IMG/VR virus record: IMGVR_UViG_2627854282_000001
Span: 1-49,353 of that record
DNA from: a virus
Taxonomy: Duplodnaviria > Heunggongvirae > Uroviricota > Caudoviricetes
DNA: 49,353 bases
Strand: one strand, 5' to 3'
In this document: piece by piece, positions 43,449-49,353 of the stretch
Numbering within the stretch: position 1 is the stretch's first letter
Layout of the letters: every line of letters begins with the position of its first letter
Position numbers and translations under genes: made by a program
Notes under the pieces: model-generated
The model's database searches: none
What the model saw: only the letters and a program-made list of their open reading frames with translations
What the model was told of the DNA's origin: nothing

Positions 43449-43953
43449 GGCTGATTTCCATCCCTGAAACGACCAGTTTGAAGCCAGTTTTCACTGCGCC
43501 GCCGTCGAGTGAGAAATGCCTGTCGATCTGGGAAATGAACGACTTCTTCAACACATAGACGCCATAGCGGCCTTGGCCGACGGCGAAATCGGTGCTGGCA
43601 TATTCAACGAACTGGCTATGGAGCAGCCGCTCACCTTCGGAGTCAAAGACGCCCTCGCCGTCAGCGTTGATGCTGACCGTCCTCAGCGCCGTGTACCTCC
43701 GCTCACTTGGTGAAATCCAAGTCTCTTCCTCGTCCCGGTCGACCTTGATCTGCATTCGGCTGGACCGCCCGATGAACCGCCAAGCGTTTGCGACCTGCAT
43801 GAAGATGTCACCGACATCAGCATCGGGAAATGGAAGCGGCGGCGGCTCAGGCACGATCTCCGCGACGGCCGGCGCCAGCGGGATGCCTACCGCGGCGACG
43901 CCAGCGGCCGCCATGAGGCCTTTGAGAAAATTGCGGCGGCTAAGATCGGTCAT
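43438..43953 (-). CDS. Twin-arginine signal protein with a possible tail-tube-like domain
   Basis: Start [13 protein letters not shown] at 43953 (ATGA overlap), hydrophobic h-region, AVA cleavage site. Confidence 0.8.
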   Translation of the reverse strand: MTDLSRRNFLKGLMAAAGVAAVGIPLAPAVAEIVPEPPPLPFPDADVGDIFMQVANAWRFIGRSSRMQIKVDRDEEETWISPSERRYTALRTVSINADGEGVFDSEGERLLHSQFVEYASTDFAVGQGRYGVYVLKKSFISQIDRHFSLDGGAVKTGFKLVVSGMEISREG

Positions 43954-44162
43954 GCGATTACAAGCCCCGCCTTCAGCGCTCGGCCTTTGGCTGCACGAAG
44001 TTCCCAAGCCTCGCCGTAGTTGCTACGGAGCGCGGCGACGGCATCTTTGCCGCTGAAGGCGACGACGTAGTGTCGATTCACATCCTTTTCAGGGTCGTGA
44101 TAACCATCGTCGGGATGGTAGTGCTTCGCCGTGACGCGGAATATTTTCAGCTCACTCATCAT
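43950..44162 (-). CDS. Hypothetical protein (70 aa)
   Basis: ATGA-coupled on both sides. Confidence 0.7.
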   Translation of the reverse strand: MMSELKIFRVTAKHYHPDDGYHDPEKDVNRHYVVAFSGKDAVAALRSNYGEAWELRAAKGRALKAGLVIA

Positions 44163-45067
44163 TCCTCACACTGCGCGGCCGCGCGCGCCCAAAGCGTCGG
44201 ATCCCCGTCCTTCAGCACCTCGAGCAGCGCCAATTTCTCCAGGCGGTATATCTTCCAGAAATCCGGATCACGTTCCTTGATCGTCGAGGTGTTATCGATC
44301 AGGTCGGCCAGCTTGATCGTCTTCGCCTCGGACGGTGCCCCGGCGATGTGATCTCGATCGAGCGCCTTGCGCGCGGCGCGGTTGCCGTCTTCTGGTTTTG
44401 AGACGTCGGTTAGCCAACTGACCAAGTCGGCCACCTTGTGTCCAAAATCACGCAAGATCTGCGCTTGCTCGACCGGAGTATCCTCGACCACGTCATGAAG
44501 CAGTGCCGCGGCAACCATCTCCGGCGTATGGGGGACAGACCTTACAATTTCAGCCACGGCAATCGGGTGAGCAACATAGTCTTCGTTTGAGTATTTTCTT
44601 TTCTGATTGATCGACCCATGGGCTTCTGATGCGACGCTCAGCGCTAAATCCACAATGTTCAATCTTTTTACCTTTCTCCGACTATGCGTTCGTATGCGAT
44701 GACAATTGGCGCATACGAGATCGCACTTTGCCAGTTCGGCTCTGAGAACCGCCTCGCTGATTTTCCAATTGCCCACCATTTGGCTGATCGATGCGCCTTT
44801 CTTGACGCCAGGGCGGTGATCAAAATCCATAACGCAGACTGGGTATGTACTCCCACAATCCATGCAGGGGCCGGTTTTTAGTTGATCAACGATATAGCGG
44901 TGTTTGGCCAGCCGGCGCTTCGTCCAGAACCTCGTCCGAGCCAAGATTTGCTCTCGATTCGCGACGTAGTACCGCTTCCTCTGTTCGATAATGCGAGCCT
45001 TGACGTGGGGATCGGCATACCTCTGGCGATCATATTCACGCTTTTCCTCTTTGGTCTTAAACGGCAC
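44159..45067 (-). CDS. HNH endonuclease domain fused in frame to an HD-domain (p)ppGpp-hydrolase (SAH/Mesh1-like)
   Basis: [22 protein letters not shown] followed without a stop by AHG..QKRK...[26 protein letters not shown]; GTG start with SD GGAGG. Confidence 0.85.
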   Translation of the reverse strand: MPFKTKEEKREYDRQRYADPHVKARIIEQRKRYYVANREQILARTRFWTKRRLAKHRYIVDQLKTGPCMDCGSTYPVCVMDFDHRPGVKKGASISQMVGNWKISEAVLRAELAKCDLVCANCHRIRTHSRRKVKRLNIVDLALSVASEAHGSINQKRKYSNEDYVAHPIAVAEIVRSVPHTPEMVAAALLHDVVEDTPVEQAQILRDFGHKVADLVSWLTDVSKPEDGNRAARKALDRDHIAGAPSEAKTIKLADLIDNTSTIKERDPDFWKIYRLEKLALLEVLKDGDPTLWARAAAQCEE

Positions 45068-46031
45068 CAAGCACCTCCGTCCGATAGACGCTGGCCACAA
45101 AATCATCGATCCATTCCAGGTCGGGCTCGTCTGGAAGCGCGGACCTCGCCGCGGCGGCCTCGACGCGCACCAGTAAGTCCTCGATCTCCGCCGCGACTTC
45201 CTGATACGGCAGCTTGCCCTGCTTGATCTCGAGCACATGGGCGGCGTTCGGCAGCGGGAACGTCACGAAGCCGGTATCGAGAAGCTCGATCGCCTGGCTG
45301 CCGACGCGAACTGCATGGGAAAGCGCCTTCCAGTCGACGCCTTGTTGGCTTTCCGCCATAAGCGCACGCTTCCCATACTCGTCGACCAGGCGCTTCATGA
45401 TGTCGTGGGCGTTCTTGATCGATGCCGTGAAGGGCATTTTCCGGTTGCAGACCTCCCAAAGAATGACCGTCTGCCCATGCGGCGTGCGATCCTCGTGCAG
45501 GGCCATATGCTCGTGCGTGTCGCACAGCGCGCGGATCGAGACATCAAGCGTCGCGAGCTTGTCCGTCGATGAAAACGCGTCGGCGAGCAGCTTCAGCGCC
45601 GCGCGTGACGCTGCTACACGCGACCCTCGAATGCCGTATTTGTTGGCCTGCTGGCGGGCATAGCCGATGAAGGCGGCTGACTTCCTCGTCAAAAGCCGAT
45701 GTCTGTTGGCGATGATCTCGCCCCACTCCGGCGCCGGCGGTTCCGTCGCCGCCCATGCCGGTGCGAAAAGGACGTCCAGCGCGACGGTCTGTCCCTCCGA
45801 GGCGAGTTCCAAGAACCGTTGGAGGCTGAAGCGCTCTTCCTCAACCTCACCGGCGTAGTTCTTCTCCTTCTCGGCCTTCGGGCGCTGATCGTTCACGACT
45901 CTTTTGGCACGCTGGAGCAGGATCGACCTCGCGTCGGGCACGAAGATGCTCTTGACGTCGAAGTCTGACGAAGGCGTCGACGTGCCATAGAGATGGGAGC
46001 CGAATTGGATGCGCAGTATCTGTCTAGCCAT
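45057..46031 (-). CDS. Pol-beta superfamily nucleotidyltransferase (T4 NrdC.11/RlaP-like)
   Basis: [16 protein letters not shown] motif, [10 protein letters not shown]; start MARQIL at 46031. Confidence 0.85.
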   Translation of the reverse strand: MARQILRIQFGSHLYGTSTPSSDFDVKSIFVPDARSILLQRAKRVVNDQRPKAEKEKNYAGEVEEERFSLQRFLELASEGQTVALDVLFAPAWAATEPPAPEWGEIIANRHRLLTRKSAAFIGYARQQANKYGIRGSRVAASRAALKLLADAFSSTDKLATLDVSIRALCDTHEHMALHEDRTPHGQTVILWEVCNRKMPFTASIKNAHDIMKRLVDEYGKRALMAESQQGVDWKALSHAVRVGSQAIELLDTGFVTFPLPNAAHVLEIKQGKLPYQEVAAEIEDLLVRVEAAAARSALPDEPDLEWIDDFVASVYRTEVLGAV

Positions 46032-46224
46032 CGACTTTCTCCGCCTGCACCTCGACAAAATTCCAGCCGCGCTCATCGTCCCAAGAGCGGTGGTAGCAGG
46101 ATCTTTCGGTCGGAATTATCTGCGCGAGGTAGGTGACGATATGGAATCCGTCGACTTCCCTCGTGCGCTGCTCCTTGACGCCGCCGCAGTGCCTGCAGGA
46201 GAAGAAAATCACTTTGTCGGTCAT
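46024..46224 (-). CDS. Small protein with CRHC motif (66 aa)
   Basis: Coupled ORF in the early region. Confidence 0.6.
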   Translation of the reverse strand: MTDKVIFFSCRHCGGVKEQRTREVDGFHIVTYLAQIIPTERSCYHRSWDDERGWNFVEVQAEKVDG

Positions 46225-46460
46225 TTCCGCTCGCCTGTAAGCCAGTCGATTTCACCGCGGCGGATAGCGGCCTGCTCCGCCTGGGCCCGGTTGATCTCCG
46301 AGATGAGAAGGTTCCAATACGGATGACGATGGAGCCGCGCCGATGCTCGGCGAAATTGTTGCGGCCTGCCTTCCTTGTCCGCGTAGATGAGGACATCTCC
46401 ATAATCGACGTTGTATTTCTTGGCGATCGCGAGGAAGGGAAATGTCGTGGGTCTGGTCAT
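46221..46460 (-). CDS. Hypothetical protein (79 aa)
   Basis: Start MTRPTT at 46460, ATGA overlaps. Confidence 0.65.
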   Translation of the reverse strand: MTRPTTFPFLAIAKKYNVDYGDVLIYADKEGRPQQFRRASARLHRHPYWNLLISEINRAQAEQAAIRRGEIDWLTGERK

Positions 46461-47827
46461 GCAGCCTCGTCGAATTTGATGCTGGCGCGCAGCCGGCGCC
46501 AAAGCGGCGCGGCACGGCCGAAGACGATCGTCGCGATTATCTCCTCGTAGACGGGGCCCATCTCTTCCAGATACGCTTGCTTGCCGGCGTTGTAGGCTTG
46601 TTGGTTGTCATGGATGTCCTGCCGCCTGATACGGCCGAGCCTTTCAGGCCGTTCGGCCGGCGGTACTTCCCATTCGCCCGCGTGAAGATCCAGCCGCGCG
46701 CCGCGGTGCGCGACAATAAGAGGATGCGCGTCGGCCGCCGGCTCGATCGAATAGAGGTTGCCGATCGTCAGAATGTCTTCGACGTTGCCAGACTGCACGT
46801 GCATCGCCAGCGACACGAGCTGATCAAGCGCTGGCGCCTCCTGGTAGACGCAGACCCCAGCCAGCCTCGTTCCATCGAGTTGATGCACGCCGACGGACAG
46901 CGCGCCGTGGCCGCTTTCGGATATTGGACCGGTCAGTTTTGCGGAGATCGAAACCTCTGGCCCGGGCAGCATCACCTGTTCGCCGCGCGCGAAGGCGGAT
47001 ACCGTCGAGGCGCCCAGCACGGCGGCGGCGAGCATCGAGGCGCGCTTCACCGCGCGCCGGCGTTGCTTCCGGTCTTTAAGCTCGAGGCGAATCTTGTCGC
47101 GAATCCTGCGTCGAGCATCTGGTTTCAGCCGGACAAGCACTTGATCCACCTGTGCGGCTGGGGACATCGCCTCCATTTCCGCCATCCAGTTGGCGGTCTC
47201 GACCGCCTGGCGCGCTGCCCGCGCATGCGATTCCATCTGGTCGCCGAGATCCCGGAAGATGGCATCACGATCTTCATCCGTCGCCGGACCGCCCGGTGGA
47301 ATCGCGGCCAAGGTCTCGAACAGCTTGCGCTGCTTCGGCAACTCGTCGCCCTCATCGAGGATATATCGCTTGATCGCCGCGCGACTGCGCAGCCGGCGCG
47401 CCACCTTCGGCGTTGGAAGCATATCGCGACGCACACGAGGGACCGGCAGCCAGTCGCGCAGCGCGCCGCCTTTCGTCATGTCTTCGTAATAGCAATCCGA
47501 CAGCCACTCCGTCTTGGTGATGACGTCATGGACCAGCGAAAGGATCCCGCGCTCCATCAGCGCCATCCGCCGCGGTCCCGGCAACTGGGCGATGATCTCG
47601 GCGCCGTAGCGCTCGACGGCGAGCTCGCGATCGAGGAGGCTCAAGCGCCATTTCCTGCCGCAGTCGACGTCCTTTCCGCTATTCCATATCTGGTCGAGCC
47701 GGCTGGCTTCACCATAGAGCCGGATGGCTATCTCGGCGGCCGCGGTGATGCCGCAGCACTGCGAGGCGTTATCCAGGCAATACGAGAGGTCGTGAGGAAG
47801 CAGCGTGCGGCGGATTTCGAGAGCCAT
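46457..47827 (-). CDS. Large hypothetical protein (456 aa)
   Basis: Start MALEIRR at 47827; coupled in the operon; no motif recognised. Confidence 0.75.
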   Translation of the reverse strand: MALEIRRTLLPHDLSYCLDNASQCCGITAAAEIAIRLYGEASRLDQIWNSGKDVDCGRKWRLSLLDRELAVERYGAEIIAQLPGPRRMALMERGILSLVHDVITKTEWLSDCYYEDMTKGGALRDWLPVPRVRRDMLPTPKVARRLRSRAAIKRYILDEGDELPKQRKLFETLAAIPPGGPATDEDRDAIFRDLGDQMESHARAARQAVETANWMAEMEAMSPAAQVDQVLVRLKPDARRRIRDKIRLELKDRKQRRRAVKRASMLAAAVLGASTVSAFARGEQVMLPGPEVSISAKLTGPISESGHGALSVGVHQLDGTRLAGVCVYQEAPALDQLVSLAMHVQSGNVEDILTIGNLYSIEPAADAHPLIVAHRGARLDLHAGEWEVPPAERPERLGRIRRQDIHDNQQAYNAGKQAYLEEMGPVYEEIIATIVFGRAAPLWRRLRASIKFDEAA

Positions 47828-47831
47828 TCGA

Positions 47832-48179
47832 TCATCCAAGATTGACCGGGGTGAACAACCATTCGACATGCTTCCCCTGCGCTTCCGCGTAGGCGATTTC
47901 CCGTTTTGTGCTTGATCCGATGTAGCCGCCAACGTTCACCACGAAGATCGCATCAGCCATATCGATCTTGCGAAAATGAATCTGATCGAGGGTCGTCTTC
48001 TCGGAAGCGCTCTCATCACCATCAGACGTCAGGAATCGAGCCCCGATCGGCTCATCAGCGTGACCAAAAAGCCCGAGCGAAATGACGATATGCCCCTGCA
48101 TGCTGAGGTGCATGTTGACGAGGTGGAATGCTCCCGGAAACCGAGAAGATCCGCAAAGGGTATATACTTTCGGCCGCAT
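47832..48179 (-). CDS. Nucleoside 2-deoxyribosyltransferase-fold protein (DUF4406-like)
   Basis: TLCGSSRF, H..KID.ADAIFVVN..GYIG.ST.REI.YA..QGK.V. Confidence 0.78.
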   Translation of the reverse strand: MRPKVYTLCGSSRFPGAFHLVNMHLSMQGHIVISLGLFGHADEPIGARFLTSDGDESASEKTTLDQIHFRKIDMADAIFVVNVGGYIGSSTKREIAYAEAQGKHVEWLFTPVNLG

Positions 48180-48181
48180 CG

Positions 48182-48556
48182 TTATCCGCCCCGCATGGGA
48201 CGCACCCCCACGCTCTCATTCTTGGCGACTTCCTCGGCAGTTTTCGCCTTCCGGACCGTCGCGACAGGCTTGTCAGGCGTCTTCACGACGCCGCCGCCGC
48301 CCTCGCCGACGAACCTGGCGAAATCCTCGTCTCGGATCGCCAAGGCGCGATGTTTTCGCGCCTCATCAGCATCGGTCAGCGGCGTCTTTTTCGACGGCAG
48401 CAGACCAAAGAACCGCGGCTCGACTATGAAAAAGATGACGCCTTGCTCCATCTTCTTGCGGATGATCTCCGTCATCCGTTCATCGCTGGATTCGTCCCAA
48501 ACGATCGTCTGATCGCCGGCCTCATTCAGGATCGTCACCGCACGTTGCTTGCTCAT
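48182..48556 (-). CDS. Conserved-type hypothetical phage protein (124 aa)
   Basis: Start MSKQRAV at 48556 with SD GGAAGGGGA. Confidence 0.75.
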   Translation of the reverse strand: MSKQRAVTILNEAGDQTIVWDESSDERMTEIIRKKMEQGVIFFIVEPRFFGLLPSKKTPLTDADEARKHRALAIRDEDFARFVGEGGGGVVKTPDKPVATVRKAKTAEEVAKNESVGVRPMRGG

Positions 48557-48903
48557 TTCCCCTTCCCCATGCTGTCCAAAACATCCAATCGATACGGCGC
48601 GCTCGTTTGCGCCCTCCACCAAAGGCGGAAACTGTCGGTATCGGCCGGTTCGCTCATGACCATGATAGAACTGGGCGCCAGCGGGCCTCCGAAGTGGAGC
48701 AATTCAAGGTAGATGTCCGCCCCTTCAGCGATCGCCTTGCGCTGGGCGTCGGTGAAATGGAAACGCGCAATAGCACTGTTGCCGTTTCTGGCCGGCAAAG
48801 TGCGCAGCGGGAGATACTGAGGCTGGTCTTTGGCATAGACAGTCTCGAATCTTTCAAGCCCGACTACCACGGGGCCGTCATGTGGCTTCACGAAATCGAA
48901 CAT
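48553..48903 (-). CDS. Hypothetical phage protein (116 aa)
   Basis: Start MFDFVK at 48903 with SD GAGGA; YAKDQPQYLPL motif. Confidence 0.75.
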   Translation of the reverse strand: MFDFVKPHDGPVVVGLERFETVYAKDQPQYLPLRTLPARNGNSAIARFHFTDAQRKAIAEGADIYLELLHFGGPLAPSSIMVMSEPADTDSFRLWWRAQTSAPYRLDVLDSMGKGK

Positions 48904-48919
48904 TTCCAAAATCCTCTTT

Positions 48920-49132
48920 TCAGTCCGCATGCCCCTGCATGCGATATAAATCTTCCAGCTCGATTGGCTCGGCTTCGATTTCGACGTCGCCGGCGCCGTG
49001 GCATACTGGGCATTCGCCGGTGTCGCGTTCGCCCCAATGAGGATGGCCGCAGCCGGGCTCATAAACGAGATCGCGGACATAGATGCGGCCTTCAGAACCA
49101 CAGGCCTCGCATAAGACGAAGAGCGGGCTCAT
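48920..49132 (-). CDS. Small zinc-finger protein (DnaJ-type CxxCxGxG twice)
   Basis: CEACGSEG and CPVCHGAG. Confidence 0.75.
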   Translation of the reverse strand: MSPLFVLCEACGSEGRIYVRDLVYEPGCGHPHWGERDTGECPVCHGAGDVEIEAEPIELEDLYRMQGHAD

Positions 49133-49141
49133 TGGTGCACC

Positions 49142-49324
49142 TCACGGCCCGCTTCCATGTTCAGGAACCGGCCGGCCGATGTTAGCTCTCGTGTAGAGGC
49201 TCAGAAAAGCGCGCTCTTCCTCGAGTGAGAGCTCATGCTTGCGCCAGAATTCCTCCATCATTGCGACGATCACTTTGGCGTCTTCCATCTTGATGACGAC
49301 CATCTCGCTCTGAGCCTCCGTCAT
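49142..49324 (-). CDS. Hypothetical protein (60 aa)
   Basis: SD GGAGT; co-oriented with the early genes. Confidence 0.6.
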   Translation of the reverse strand: MTEAQSEMVVIKMEDAKVIVAMMEEFWRKHELSLEEERAFLSLYTRANIGRPVPEHGSGP

Positions 49325-49353
49325 TCGCAGGACTCCGAATGCGAGTACCAGAG

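Noticed and set aside
44662-45067. HNH domain as the HK97 gp74-type terminase cofactor
   Set aside because: It is 11 kb from terS, in the early region, fused to an HD domain, and has the DFDH/CANCH pattern of free-standing HNH genes; possible but unsupported

Overview
The whole window is one long-tailed (siphovirus-type) prophage in a GC-rich alphaproteobacterial host, most likely Hyphomicrobiales/rhizobia (inference from the Tad, CtrA-like and tRNA-fMet features). Neither an integrase nor att sites are in view. Nearly all phage genes are on the minus strand, so transcription runs right to left. The order is: (1) early/middle genes at 49.3-43.2 kb, including an NDT-like protein, a pol-beta nucleotidyltransferase, an HNH-HD(SAH) fusion and a Tat-signal protein; (2) an aberrant tRNA-Met(CAT) followed by a candidate ~320-nt structured RNA; (3) a ~7 kb coupled glycosylation cassette directly upstream of terS; (4) HK97-type head genes; (5) an unusually large neck/fibre module; (6) a GTA-like tail with a -1 frameshift chaperone, a 1387-aa tape measure, and DUF2460, DUF2163 and megatron-like tip proteins; (7) a lysis cassette led by a holin-like/lysozyme fusion; and (8) an ATP-dependent DNA ligase. 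The standout candidate system is two plus-strand morons 17 kb apart, a Flp pilin (20872-21084) and a TadG-like pilus tip protein (3960-5462). They share the same CtrA-like box TTAA-NN-AA-N-TG-CTAAT placed 7-8 nt before a -35 hexamer, and each sits beside an adsorption module. This suggests prophage-driven, cell-cycle-synchronised remodelling of the host Tad pilus. All family assignments are from motif recognition by eye; no database searches were run.
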